Assembly: GCA_964057225.1 (NCBI GenBank)
Contig: OZ059896.1
Location: 12,958,001-13,022,000 of the forward strand
Origin: Auanema rhodensis
Taxonomy: Eukaryota > Animalia > Nematoda
Direction: 5' to 3'
DNA length: 64,000 nt
Shown here piece after piece: positions 44,201 to 58,061 of this stretch; position 1 is the first letter of the stretch, and each line of letters starts with the position of its first letter. Made by a program: the position numbers and the translations under genes. The notes under the pieces are model-generated. The model did not search any database. It saw only the letters and a program-made list of their open reading frames with translations, and was not told the origin of the DNA.

Positions 44201-47200
44201 AGCGAGTTACATACCATGTGCACATCACGTGTACAATTAATTAGCATAAATTAAAGTTCACGTAAAGTTCAAAGTCATGGTTACCATGTATCAATAAAAA
44301 TTTGTTATTAGACTAATATAGACATGAGGAATCTAATTTTGAAAATCGCATCTCTTTATCTTTCACGGGAAGCGAGTTACATACCATGTGCACATCACGT
44401 GTACAATTAATTAGCATAAATTAAAGTTCACGTAAAGTTCAAAGTCATGGTTACCATGTATCAATAAAAATTTGTTATTAGACTAATATAGACATGAGGA
44501 ATCTAATTTTGAAAATCGCATCTCTTTATCTTTAACGGGAAGCGAGTTACATACCATGTGCACATCACGTGTACAATTAATTAGCATAAATTAAAGTTCA
44601 CGTAAAGTTCAAAGTCATGGTTACCATGCACCAATATCAATAAAATTTTGTTCTTAGACTAATATGGACATGGGTAATCTAATTTTGAAAACCGCATTTC
44701 TTTATCTTTCACGGGAAGCGAGTTACATACCATGTGCACATCACGTGTACAATTATTTAGCATAAATTAAAGTTCATGTAAAATTAAAAGTCATGGTTAC
44801 CATGCACCAATATCAATAAAAATTTCTTATTAGGCTAAAATGGACATGAGGAATCTAATTTTGAGAACCGCATTTCTTTATCTTTCACGGGAAGCGAGTT
44901 ACATACCATGTGCACATCACGTGTACAATTAATTAGCATAAATTAAAGTTCACGTAAAGTTCAAAGTCATGGTTACCATGCACCAATATCAATAAAATTT
45001 TGTTCTTAGACTAATATGGACATGGGTAATCTAATTTTGAAAACCGCATTTCTTTATCTTTCACGGGAAGCGAGTTACATACCATGTGCACATCACGTGT
45101 ACAATTATTTAGCATAAATTAAAGTTCACGTAAAATTAAAAGTCATGGTTACCATGCACCAATATCAATAAAAATTTCTTATTAGGCTAAAATGGACATG
45201 AGGAATCTAATTTTGAGAACCGCATTTCTTTATCTTTCACGGGAAGCGAGTTACATACCATGTGCACATCACGTGTACAATTAATTAGCATAAATTAAAG
45301 TTCACGTAAATTTCAAAGTCATGGTTACCATTCACCAATATCAATAAAAAATTGTTTTTAGACTAATATGGACATGGGTAATCTAATTTTGAAAACCGCA
45401 TCTCTTTATCTTTAACGGGAAGCGAGTTACATACCATGTGCACATCACGTGTACAATTAATTAGCATAAATTAAAATTCACGTAATGTTCAAAGTCATGG
45501 TTACCATGCACCAATATCAATAAAATTTTGTTCTTAGACTAATATGGACATGGGTAATCTAATTTTGAAAACCGCATTTCTTTATCTTTCACGGGAAGCG
45601 AGTTACATACCATGTGCACATCACGTGTACAATTAATTAGCATAAATTAAAGTTCACGTAAAATTAAAAGTCATGGTTACCATGCACCAATATCAATAAA
45701 AATTTCTTATTAGGCTAAAATGGACATGAGGAATCTAATTTTGAGAACCGCATTTCTTTATCTTTCACGGGAAGCGAGTTACATACCATGTGCACATCAC
45801 GTGTACAATTAATTAGCATAAATTAAAGTTCACGTAAATTTCAAAGTCATGGTTACCATTCACCAATATCAATAAAAATTTGTTTTTAGACTAATATGGA
45901 CATGGGTAATCTAATTTTGAAAACCGCATTTCTTTATCTTTCACGGGAAGCGAGTTACATACCATGTGCACATCACGTGTACAATTAATTAGCATAAATT
46001 AAAGTTCACGTAAAGTTCAAAGTCATGGTTATCATGTATCAATAAAAATTTGTTATTAGACTAATATAGACATGAGGAATCTAATTTCGAAAATCGCATC
46101 TCTTTATCTTTAACGGGAAGCGAGTTACATACCATGTGCACATCACGTGTACAATTAATTAGCATAAATTAAAGTTCACGTAAACTTCAAAGTCCTGGTT
46201 ACCATGCACCAATATCAATAAAACTTTGTTCTCAGACTAATATGGACATGGGTAATCTAATTTTGAGAACCGCATTTCTTTATTTTTCACGGGAAGCGAG
46301 TTACATACCATGTGCACATCACGTGTACAATTAATTAGCATAAATTAAAGTTCACGTAAAGTTCAAAGTCATGGTTACCATGCACCAATATCAATAAAAT
46401 TTTGTTCTTAGACTAATATGGACATGGGTAATCTAATTTTGAAAACCGCATTTCTTTATCTTTCACGGGAAGCGAGTTACATACCATGTGCACATCACGT
46501 GTACAATTAATTAGCATAAATTAAAGTTCACGTAAAATTAAAAGTCATGGTTACCATGCACCAATATCAATAAAAATTTCTTATTAGGCTAAAATGGACA
46601 TGAGGAATCTAATTTTGAGAACCGCATTTCTTTATCTTTCACGGGAAGCGAGTTACATACCATGTGCACATCACGTGTACAATTAATTAGCATAAATTAA
46701 AGTTCACGTAAATTTCAAAGTCATGGTTACCATTCACCAATATCAATAAAAATTTGTTTTTAGACTAATATGGACATGGGTAATCTAATTTTGAAAACCG
46801 CATCTCTTTATCTTTAACGGGAAGCGAGTTACATACCATGTGCACATCACGTGTACAATTAATTAGCATAAATTAAAGTTCACGTTAATTTCAAAGTCAT
46901 GGTTACCATGCACCAATATCAATAAAAATTTGTTCTTAGATTAATATGGACATGGGTAATCTAATTTTGAAAACCGCATTTCTTTATCTTTCACGGGAAG
47001 CGAGTTACATACCATGTGCACATCACGTGTACAATTAATTAGCATAAATTAAAGTTCACGTTAATTTCAAAGTCATGGTTACCATGCACCAATATCAATA
47101 AAAATTTGTTCTTAGATTAATATGGACATGGGTAATCTAATTTTGAGAACCGCATTTCTTTATCTTTCACGGGAAGCGAGTTACATACCATGTGCACATC

Positions 47201-50200
47201 ACGTGTACAATTAATTAGCATAAATTAAAGTTCACGTAAATTTCAAAGTCATGGTTACCATGTATCAATAAAAATTTGTTATTAGACTAATATAGACATG
47301 AGGAATCTGACTTTGAAAATCGCATCTCTTTATCTTTAACGGGAAGCGAGTTACATACGATGTGCACATCACGTGTACAATTAATTAGCATAAATTAAAG
47401 TTCACGTTAATTTCAAAGTCATGGTTACCATGCACCAATATCAATAAAATTTTGTTCTTAGACTAATATGGACATGGGTGATCTAATTTTGAAAACCGCA
47501 TTTCTTTATCTTTCACGGGAAGCGAGTTACATACCATGTGCACATCACGTGTACAATTAATTAGCATAAATTAAAGTTTACGTTAATTTCAAAGTCATAT
47601 TACCATGCACCAATATCAATAAAACTTTGTTCTCAGACTAATATGGACATGGGTAATCTAATTTTGAAAACGCATTTCTTTATCTTTCACGGGAAGCGAG
47701 TTACATACCATGTGCACATCACGTGTACAATTAATTAGCATAAATTAAAGTTCACGTAAAGTTCAAAGTCATGGTTATCATGTATCAATGAAAATTTGTT
47801 ATTAGACTAATATAGACATGAGGAATCTAATTTCGAAAATCGCATCTCTTTATCTTTAACGGGAAGCGAGTTACATACCATGTGCACATCACGTGTACAA
47901 TTAATTAGCATAAATTAAAGTTCACGTAAACTTCAAAGTCCTGGTTACCATGCACCAATATCAATAAAACTTTGTTCTCAGACTAATATGGACATGGGTA
48001 ATCTAATTTTGAGAACCGCATTTCTTTATTTTTCACGGGAAGCGAGTTACATACCATGTGCACATCACGTGTACAATTAATTAGCATAAATTAAAGTTTA
48101 CGTTAATTTCAAAGTCATATTACCATGCACCAATATCAATAAAACTTTGTTCTCAGACTAATATGGACATGGGTAATCTAATTTTGAAAACCGCATTTCT
48201 TTATCTTTCACGGGAAGCGAGTTACATACCATGTGCACATCACGTGTACAATTAATTAGCATAAATTAAAGTTCACGTAAAATTAAAAGTCATGGTTACC
48301 ATGCACCAATATCAATAAAAATTTCTTATTAGGCTAAAATGGACATGAGGAATCTAATTTTGAGAACCGCATTTCTTTATCTTTCACGGGAAGCGAGTTA
48401 CATACTATGTGCACATCACGTGTACAATTAATTAGCATAAATTAAAGTTCACGTAAATTTCAAAGTCATGGTTACCATTCACCAATATCAATAAAAATTT
48501 GTTTTTAGACTAATATGGACATGGGTAATCTAATTTTGAAAACCGCATCTCTTTATCTTTAACGGGAAGCGAGTTACATACCATGTGCACATCACGTGTA
48601 CAATTAATTAGCATAAATTAAAGTTCACGTTAATTTCAAAGTCATGGTTACCATGCACCAATATCAATAAAAATTTGTTCTTAGATTAATATGGACATGG
48701 GTAATCTAATTTTGAAAACCGCATTTCTTTATCTTTCACGGGAAGCGAGTTACATACCATGTGCACATCACGTGTACAATTAATTAGCATAAATTAAAGT
48801 TCACGTTAATTTCAAAGTCATGGTTACCATGCACCAATATCAATAAAAATTTGTTCTTAGATTAATATGGACATGGGTAATCTAATTTTGAGAACCGCAT
48901 TTCTTTATCTTTCACGGGAAGCGAGTTACATACCATGTGCACATCACGTGTACAATTAATTAGCATAAATTAAAGTTCACGTAAATTTCAAAGTCATGGT
49001 TACCATGTATCAATAAAAATTTGTTATTAGACTAATATAGACATGAGGAATCTAACTTTGAAAATCGCATCTCTTTATCTTTAACGGGAAGCGAGTTACA
49101 TACGATGTGCACATCACGTGTACAATTAATTAGCATAAATTAAAGTTCACGTTAATTTCAAAGTCATGGTTACCATGCACCAATATCAATAAAATTTTGT
49201 TCTTAGACTAATATGGACATGGGTGATCTAATTTTGAAAACCGCATTTCTTTATCTTTCACGGGAAGCGAGTTACATACCATGTGCACATCACGTGTACA
49301 ATTAATTAGCATAAATTAAAGTTTACGTTAATTTCAAAGTCATATTACCATGCACCAATATCAATAAAACTTTGTTCTCAGACTAATATGGACATGGGTA
49401 ATCTAATTTTGAAAACCGCATTTCTTTATCTTTCACGGGAAGCGAGTTACATACCATGTGCACATCACGTGTACAATTAATTAGCATAAATTAAAGTTCA
49501 CGTAAAGTTCAAAGTCATGGTTATCATGTATCAATAAAAATTTGTTATTAGACTAATATAGACATGAGGAATCTAATTTCGAAAATCGCATCTCTTTATC
49601 TTTAACGGGAAGCGAGTTACATACCATGTGCACATCACGTGTACAATTAATTAGCATAAATTAAAGTTCACGTAAACTTCAAAGTCCTGGTTACCATGCA
49701 CCAATATCAATAAAACTTTGTTCTCAGACTAATATGGACATGGGTAATCTAATTTTGAGAACCGCATTTCTTTATTTTTCACGGGAAGCGAGTTACATAC
49801 CATGTGCACATCACGTGTACAATTAATTAGCATAAATTAAAGTTCACGTAAAGTTCAAAGTCATGGTTACCATGTAACAATAAAAATTTGTTATTAGACT
49901 AATATAAACATAAGGAATCTAATTTTGAAAATCGCATCTCTTTATCTTTAACGGGAAGCGAGTTACATACCATGTGCACATCACGTGTACAATTAATTAG
50001 CATAAATTAAAGTTCACGTAAAGTTCAAAGTCATGGTTACCATGCACCAATATCAATAAAATTTTGTTCTTAGACTAATATGGACATGGGTAATCTAATT
50101 TTGAAAACCGCATTTCTTTATCTTTCACGGGAAGCGAGTAACATACCATGTGCACATCACGTGTACAATTAATTAGCATAAATTAAAGTTCACGTAAAAT

Positions 50201-53200
50201 TCAAAGTCATGGTTACCATGCACCAATATCAATAAAAATTTCTTATTAGGCTAAAATAGACATGAGGAATCTAATTTTGAAAACCGCATTTCTTTATCTT
50301 TCACGGGAAGCGAGTAACATACCATGTGCACATCACGTGTACAATTAATTAGCATAAATTAAAGTTCACGTAAAATTCAAAGTCATGGTTACCATGCACC
50401 AATATCAATAAAAATTTCTTATTAGGCTAAAATAGACATGAGGAATCTAATTTTGAAAACCGCATTTCTTTATCTTTCACGGGAAGCGAGTTACATACCA
50501 TGTGCACATCACGTGTACAATTAATTAGCATAAATTAAAGTTCACGTAAAATTCAAAGTCATGGTTACCATGCACCAATATCAATAAAAATTTGTTCTTA
50601 GACTAATATGGACATGGGTAATCTAATTTTGAAAACCGCATCTCTTTATCTTTAACGGGAAGCGAGTTACATACCATGTGCACATCACGTGTACAATTAA
50701 TTAGCATAAATTAAAGTTCACGTTAATTTCAAAGTCATGGTTACCATGCACCAATATCAATAAAACTTTGTTCTTAGATTAATATGGACATGGGTAATCT
50801 AATTTTGAAAACCGCATTTCTTTATCTTTCACGGGAAGCGAGTTACATACCATGTGCACATCACGTGTACAATTAATTAGCATAAATTAAAGTTCACGTA
50901 AACTTCAAAGTCATGGTTACCATGCACCAATATCAATAAAAATTTCTTATTAGGCTAAAATGGACATGAGGAATCTAATTTTGAGAACCGCATTTCTTTA
51001 TCTTTCACGGGAAGCGAGTTACATACCATGTGCACATCACGTGTACAATTAATTAGCATGAATTAAAGTTCACGTAAATTTCAAAGTCATGGTTACCATG
51101 CACCAATATCAATAAAATTTTGTTTTTAGACTAATATGGACATGGGTAATCTAATTTTGAAAACCGCATCTCTTTATCTTTAACGGGAAGCGAGTTACAT
51201 ACCATGTGCACATCACGTGTACAATTAATTAGCATAAATTAAAGTTCACGTTAATTTCAAAGTCATGGTTACCATGCACCAATATCAATAAAAATTTGTT
51301 CTTAGATTAATATGGACATGGGTAATCTAATTTTGAAAACCGCATTTCTTTATCTTTCACGGGAAGCGAGTTACATACCATGTGCACATCACGTGTACAA
51401 TTAATTAGCATAAATTAAAGTTCACGTAAAGTTCAAAGTCATGGTTACCATGTATCAATAAAAATTTGTTATTAGACTAATATAGACATGAGGAATCTAA
51501 TTTTGAAAATCGCATCTCTTTATCTTTCACGGGAAGCGAGTTACATACCATGTGCACATCACGTGTACAATTAATTAGCATAAATTAAAGTTCACGTAAA
51601 GTTCAAAGTCATGGTTACCATGTATCAATAAAAATTTGTTATTAGACTAATATAGACATGAGGAATCTAATTTTGAAAATCGCATCTCTTTATCTTTAAC
51701 GGGAAGCGAGTTACATACCATGTGCACATCACGTGTACAATTAATTAGCATAAATTAAAGTTCACGTAAAGTTCAAAGTCATGGTTACCATGCACCAATA
51801 TCAATAAAATTTTGTTCTTAGACTAATATGGACATGGGTAATCTAATTTTGAAAACCGCATTTCTTTATCTTTCACGGGAAGCGAGTTACATACCATGTG
51901 CACATCACGTGTACAATTATTTAGCATAAATTAAAGTTCATGTAAAATTAAAAGTCATGGTTACCATGCACCAATATCAATAAAAATTTCTTATTAGGCT
52001 AAAATGGACATGAGGAATCTAATTTTGAGAACCGCATTTCTTTATCTTTCACGGGAAGCGAGTTACATACCATGTGCACATCACGTGTACAATTAATTAG
52101 CATAAATTAAAGTTCACGTAAAGTTCAAAGTCATGGTTACCATGCACCAATATCAATAAAATTTTGTTCTTAGACTAATATGGACATGGGTAATCTAATT
52201 TTGAAAACCGCATTTCTTTATCTTTCACGGGAAGCGAGTTACATACCATGTGCACATCACGTGTACAATTATTTAGCATAAATTAAAGTTCACGTAAAAT
52301 TAAAAGTCATGGTTACCATGCACCAATATCAATAAAAATTTCTTATTAGGCTAAAATGGACATGAGGAATCTAATTTTGAGAACCGCATTTCTTTATCTT
52401 TCACGGGAAGCGAGTTACATACCATGTGCACATCACGTGTACAATTAATTAGCATAAATTAAAGTTCACGTAAATTTCAAAGTCATGGTTACCATTCACC
52501 AATATCAATAAAAATTTGTTTTTAGACTAATATGGACATGGGTAATCTAATTTTGAAAACCGCATCTCTTTATCTTTAACGGGAAGCGAGTTACATACCA
52601 TGTGCACATCACGTGTACAATTAATTAGCATAAATTAAAATTCACGTAATGTTCAAAGTCATGGTTACCATGCACCAATATCAATAAAATTTTGTTCTTA
52701 GACTAATATGGACATGGGTAATCTAATTTTGAAAACCGCATTTCTTTATCTTTCACGGGAAGCGAGTTACATACCATGTGCACATCACGTGTACAATTAA
52801 TTAGCATAAATTAAAGTTCACGTAAAATTAAAAGTCATGGTTACCATGCACCAATATCAATAAAAATTTCTTATTAGGCTAAAATGGACATGAGGAATCT
52901 AATTTTGAGAACCGCATTTCTTTATCTTTCACGGGAAGCGAGTTACATACCATGTGCACATCACGTGTACAATTAATTAGCATAAATTAAAGTTCACGTA
53001 AATTTCAAAGTCATGGTTACCATTCACCAATATCAATAAAAATTTGTTTTTAGACTAATATGGACATGGGTAATCTAATTTTGAAAACCGCATTTCTTTA
53101 TCTTTCACGGGAAGCGAGTTACATACCATGTGCACATCACGTGTACAATTAATTAGCATAAATTAAAGTTCACGTAAAGTTCAAAGTCATGGTTATCATG

Positions 53201-53546
53201 TATCAATAAAAATTTGTTATTAGACTAATATAGACATGAGGAATCTAATTTCGAAAATCGCATCTCTTTATCTTTAACGGGAAGCGAGTTACATACCATG
53301 TGCACATCACGTGTACAATTAATTAGCATAAATTAAAGTTCACGTAAACTTCAAAGTCCTGGTTACCATGCACCAATATCAATAAAACTTTGTTCTCAGA
53401 CTAATATGGACATGGGTAATCTAATTTTGAGAACCGCATTTCTTTATTTTTCACGGGAAGCGAGTTACATACCATGTGCACATCACGTGTACAATTAATT
53501 AGCATAAATTAAAGTTCACGTAAAGTTCAAAGTCATGGTTACCATG
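39160..53546. repeat. Higher-order tandem duplication of 41 monomers, period 7164 bp
   Basis: Rare variants recur at +7164: CTATGTG 41241/48405; GTTCATGTA (variant T) 44777/51941; TTAAAATTCACGTAATG 45471/52635. Confidence 0.9.
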
Positions 53547-56500
53547 TAACAATAAAAATTTGTTATTAGACTAATATAAACATAAGGAATCTAATTTTGA
53601 AAATCGCATCTCTTTATCTTTAACGGGAAGCGAGTAACATACCATGTGCACATCACGTGTACAATTAATTAGCATAAATTAAAGTTCACGTAAAGTTCAA
53701 AGTCATGGTTACCATGCACCAATATCAATAAAATTTTGTTCTTAGACTAATATGGACATGGGTAATCTAATTTTGAAAACCGCATTTCTTTATCTTTCAC
53801 GGGAAGCGAGTTACATACCATGTGCACATCACGTGTACAATTAATTAGCATAAATTAAAGTTCACGTAAAATTCAAAGTCATGGTTACCATGCACCAATA
53901 TCAATAAAAATTTCTTATTAGGCTAAAATGGACATGAGGAATCTAATTTTGAAAACCGCATTTCTTTATCTTTCACGGGAAGCGAGTTACATACCATGTG
54001 CACATCACGTGTACAATTAATTAGCATAAATTAAAGTTCACGTAAAGTTCAAAGTCATGGTTACCATGTAACAATAAAAATTTGTTATTAGACTAATATA
54101 AACATAAGGAATCTAATTTTGAAAACCGCATCTCTTTATCTTTAACGGGAAGCGAGTTACATACCATGTGCACATCACGTGTACAATTAATTAGCATAAA
54201 TTAAAGTTCACGTTAATTTCAAAGTCATGGTTACCATGCACCAATATCAATAAAAATTTGTTCTTAGATTAATATGGACATGGGTAATCTAATTTTGAAA
54301 ACCGCATTTCTTTATCTTTCACGGGAAGCGAGTTACATACCATGTGCACATCACGTGTACAATTAATTAGCATAAATTAAAGTTCACGTTAATTTCAAAG
54401 TCATGGTTACCATGCACCAATATCAATAAAAATTTGTTATTAGATTAATATGGACATGGGTAATCTAATTTTGAAAACCGCATTTCTTTATCTTTCACGG
54501 GAAGCGAGTTACATACCATGTGCACATCACGTGTACAATTAATTAGCATAAATTAAAGTTCACGTAAAGTTCAAAGTCATGGTTACCATGTATCAATAAA
54601 AATTTGTTATTAGACTAATATAGACATGAGGAATCTAATTTTGAAAATCGCATCTCTTTATCTTTCACGGGAAGCGAGTTACATACCATGTGCACATCAC
54701 GTGTACAATTAATTAGCATAAATTAAAGTTCACGTAAAGTTCAAAGTCATGGTTACCATGTATCAATAAAAATTTGTTATTCGACTAATATAGACATGAG
54801 GAATCTAATTTTGAAAATCGCATCTCTTTATCTTTAACGGGAAGCGAGTTACATACCATGTGCACATCACGTGTACAATTAATTAGCATAAATTAAAGTT
54901 CACGTAAAGTTCAAAGTCATGGTTACCATGCACCAATATCAATAAAATTTTGTTCTTAGAATAATATGGACATGGGTAATCTAATTTTGAAAACCGCATT
55001 TCTTTATCTTTCACGGGAAGCGAGTTACATACCATGTGCACATCACGTGTACAATTATTTAGCATAAATTAAAGTTCACGTAAAATTAAAAGTCATGGTT
55101 ACCATGCACCAATATCAATAAAAATTTCTTATTAGGCTAAAATGGACATGAGGAATCTAATTTTGAGAACCGCATTTCTTTATCTTTCACGGGAAGCGAG
55201 TTACATACCATGTGCACATCACGTGTACAATTAATTAGCATAAATTAAAGTTCACGTAAATTTCAAAGTCATGGTTACCATTCACCAATATCAATAAAAA
55301 TTTGTTTTTAGACTAATATGGACATGGGTAATCTAATTTTGAAAACCGCATCTCTTTATCTTTAACGGGAAGCGAGTTACATACCATGTGCACATCACGT
55401 GTACAATTAATTAGCATAAATTAAAGTTCACGTAAAGTTCAAAGTCATGGTTACCATGCACCAATATCAATAAAATTTTGTTCTTAGACTAATATGGACA
55501 TGGGTAATCTAATTTTGAAAACCGCATTTCTTTATCTTTCACGGGAAGCGAGTTACATACCATGTGCACATCACGTGTACAATTAATTAGCATAAATTAA
55601 AGTTCACGTAAAATTAAAAGTCATGGTTACCATGCACCAATATCAATAAAAATTTCTTATTAGGCTAAAATGGACATGAGGAATCTAATTTTGAGAACCG
55701 CATTTCTTTATCTTTCACGGGAAGCGAGTTACATACCATGTGCACATCACGTGTACAATTAATTAGCATAAATTAAAGTTCACGTAAATTTCAAAGTCAT
55801 GGTTACCATTCACCAATATCAATAAAAATTTGTTTTTAGACTAATATGGACATGGGTAATCTAATTTTGAAAACCGCATTTCTTTAACTTTCACGGGAAG
55901 CGAGTTACATACCATGTGCACATCACGTGTACAATTAATTAGCATAAATTAAAGTTCACGTAAATTTCAAAGTCATGGTTACCATGCATCAATAAAAATT
56001 TGTTATTAGACTAATATAGACATGAGGAATCTAACTTTGAAAATCGCATCTCTTTATCTTTAACGGGAAGCGAGTTACATACGATGTGCACATCACGTGT
56101 ACAATTAATTAGCATAAATTAAAGTTCACGTTAATTTCAAAGTCATGGTTACCATGCACCAATATCAATAAAATTTTGTTCTTAGACTAATATGGACATG
56201 GGTAATCTAATTTTGAAAACCGCATTTCTTTATCTTTCACGGGAAGCGAGTTACATACCATGTGCACATCACGTGTACAATTAATTAGCATAAATTAAAG
56301 TTTACGTTAATTTCAAAGTCATATTACCATGCACCAATATCAATAAAACTTTGTTCTCAGACTAATATGGACATGGGTAATCTAATTTTGAAAACCGCAT
56401 TTCTTTATCTTTCACGGGAAGCGAGTTACATACCATGTGCACATCACGTGTACAATTAATTAGCATAAATTAAAGTTCACGTAAAGTTCAAAGTCATGGT

Positions 56501-57671
56501 TATCATGTATCAATAAAAATTTGTTATTAGACTAATATAGACATGAGGAATCTAATTTCGAAAATCGCATCTCTTTATCTTTAACGGGAAGCGAGTTACA
56601 TACCATGTGCACATCACGTGTACAATTAATTAGCATAAATGAAAGTTCACGTAAACTTCAAAGTCCTGGTTACCATGCACCAATATCAATAAAACTTTGT
56701 TCTCAGACTAATATGGACATGGGTAATCTAATTTTGAGAACCGCATTTCTTTATTTTTCACGGGAAGCGAGTTACATACCATGTGCACATCACGTGTACA
56801 ATTAATTAGCATAAATTAAAGTTCACGTAAAGTTCAAAGTCATGGTTACCATGCACCAATATCAATAAAATTTTGTTCTTAGACTAATATGGACATGGGT
56901 AATCTAATTTTGAAAACCGCATTTCTTTATCTTTCACGGGAAGCGAGTTACATACCATGTGCACATCACGTGTACAATTAATTAGCATAAATTAAAGTTC
57001 ACGTAAAATTCAAAGTCATGGTTACCATGCACCAATATCAATAAAAATTTGTTCTTAGACTAATATGGACATGGGTAATCTAATTTTGAAAACCGCATCT
57101 CTTTATCTTTAACGGGAAGCGAGTTACATACCATGTGCACATCACGTGTACAATTAATTAGCATAAATTAAAGTTCACGTTAATTTCAAAGTCATGGTTA
57201 CCATGCACCAATATCAATAAAAATTTGTTCTTAGATTAATATGGACATGGGTAATCTAATTTTGAAAACCGCATTTCTTTATCTTTCACGGGAAGCGAGT
57301 TACATACCATGTGCACATCACGTGTACAATTAATTAGCATAAATTAAAGTTCACGTAAACTTCAAAGTCATGGTTACCATTGACCAATATCAATAAAATT
57401 TTGTTATTAGACTAATATGGACATGGGTAATCTAATTTTGAAAACCGCATTTCTTTATCTTTCACGGGAAGCGAGTTACATACCATGTGCACATCACGTG
57501 TACAATTAATTAGCATAAATTAAAGTTCACGTAAACTTCAAAGTCATGGTTACCATGCACCAATATCAATAAAATTTTGTTATTAGACTAATATGGACAT
57601 GGGTAATCTAATTTTGAAAACCGCATTTCTTTATCTTTCACGGGAAGCGAGTTACATACCATGTGCACATC

Positions 57672-57676
57672 ACGTG
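57672..57676 (+). repeat. Left copy of target-site duplication (ACGTG)
   Basis: Left junction is CACATC-ACGTG|CCGTGACC and right junction is CAATAA|ACGTG-TACAATT. Uninterrupted monomers have one ACGTG at this position. The AC could belong to the CAATAAAC tail, so the TSD is 3-5 bp. Confidence 0.8.
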
Positions 57677-57813
57677 CCGTGACCTCATTCCGCGCCGTGA
57701 CCTCATTCCGCGCCGTGACCTCATTCCGCGCCGTGACCACATTCCGCGCCGTGACCTCATTCCGCGCCGTGACCTCATTCCGCGCCGTGACCTCATTCCA
57801 CGCCGTGACCTCA
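57677..57813 (+). repeat. 18-bp GC-rich minisatellite (CCGTGACCTCATTCCGCG) x7.6 at the 5' end of the LINE
   Basis: Units start at 57677, 57695, 57713, 57731 (variant GACCAC), 57749, 57767, 57785 (variant TTCCAC), with a partial unit at 57803-57813. Confidence 0.97.
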
Positions 57814-57889
57814 ACGTGAGCGGTCGTTTGCTGTCAATCAATAGCTGCTGTTCAAGTTTACGCCGGACTGGTTTTTTCAAGGTACGCTA

Positions 57890-58061
57890 CTTTTTTTCTG
57901 TTTTTATACATTTATTCTAATTTTCTTTCATTTTTTCTTTCTTGTTCATTACTCACTTTTTTACTTATCTTTCTCATTTTTATCACCTATCTTTTCTCCA
58001 TTTTCACTTGTTTTTATCTCTCTATTTTTCCTATTTTCATTCACTTTTCTTCAATATTATC
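57890..58061 (+). other. Pyrimidine-rich, nearly G-free tract in the LINE 5' UTR upstream of the ORF1 AUG
   Basis: About 170 nt dominated by T and C runs with very few G. This low complexity explains the F/L/S/H-rich extension of the ORF-track call from TTG 57942. Confidence 0.8.

Larger units (their letters stand above)
1..57676. repeat. Tandem satellite array, 176-bp monomer (~330 copies), left of the LINE; continues beyond the window start
   Basis: A representative monomer counted by hand is 176 bp: GGGAAGCGAGTTACATACCATGTGCACATCACGTGTACAATTAATTAGCATAAATTAAAGTTCACGTAAAGTTCAAAGTCATGGTTACCATGCACCAATATCAATAAAATTTTGTTCTTAGACTAATATGGACATGGGTAATCTAATTTTGAAAACCGCATTTCTTTATCTTTCAC. Period check: ATCAATAAAA at 4921 and 5097. 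Variants are 170 bp (CACCAA deleted), 175 bp (CATGG>CATA) and 177 bp (CATTGG). All copies seen are in one orientation. Confidence 0.99.

Noticed and set aside
1-57676. CRISPR array interpretation
   Set aside because: There are no unique spacers; the whole 176-bp unit repeats; no cas genes; eukaryotic LINE context.
57803-57875. HDV-like ribozyme at the LINE 5' end
   Set aside because: A small CTC-AACGT-GAG hairpin exists, but I could not build the P1/P1.1/P2/P3 double pseudoknot by eye. A descriptor search would be needed.
57879-57890. Splice donor-like AAG|GTACGC followed by a pyrimidine tract
   Set aside because: There is no transcript evidence and no upstream AUG in the element, so this splice would not supply a start for ORF2.
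57663-57920. 85-aa ORF with (RRDLIP)n
   Set aside because: Translation of the 18-bp repeat starting at a GTG in the flanking satellite.
57942-58061. 40-aa N-terminal extension of ORF1 in the ORF track
   Set aside because: TTG start in a low-complexity pyrimidine tract. The first ATG at 58062 is the plausible eukaryotic start.
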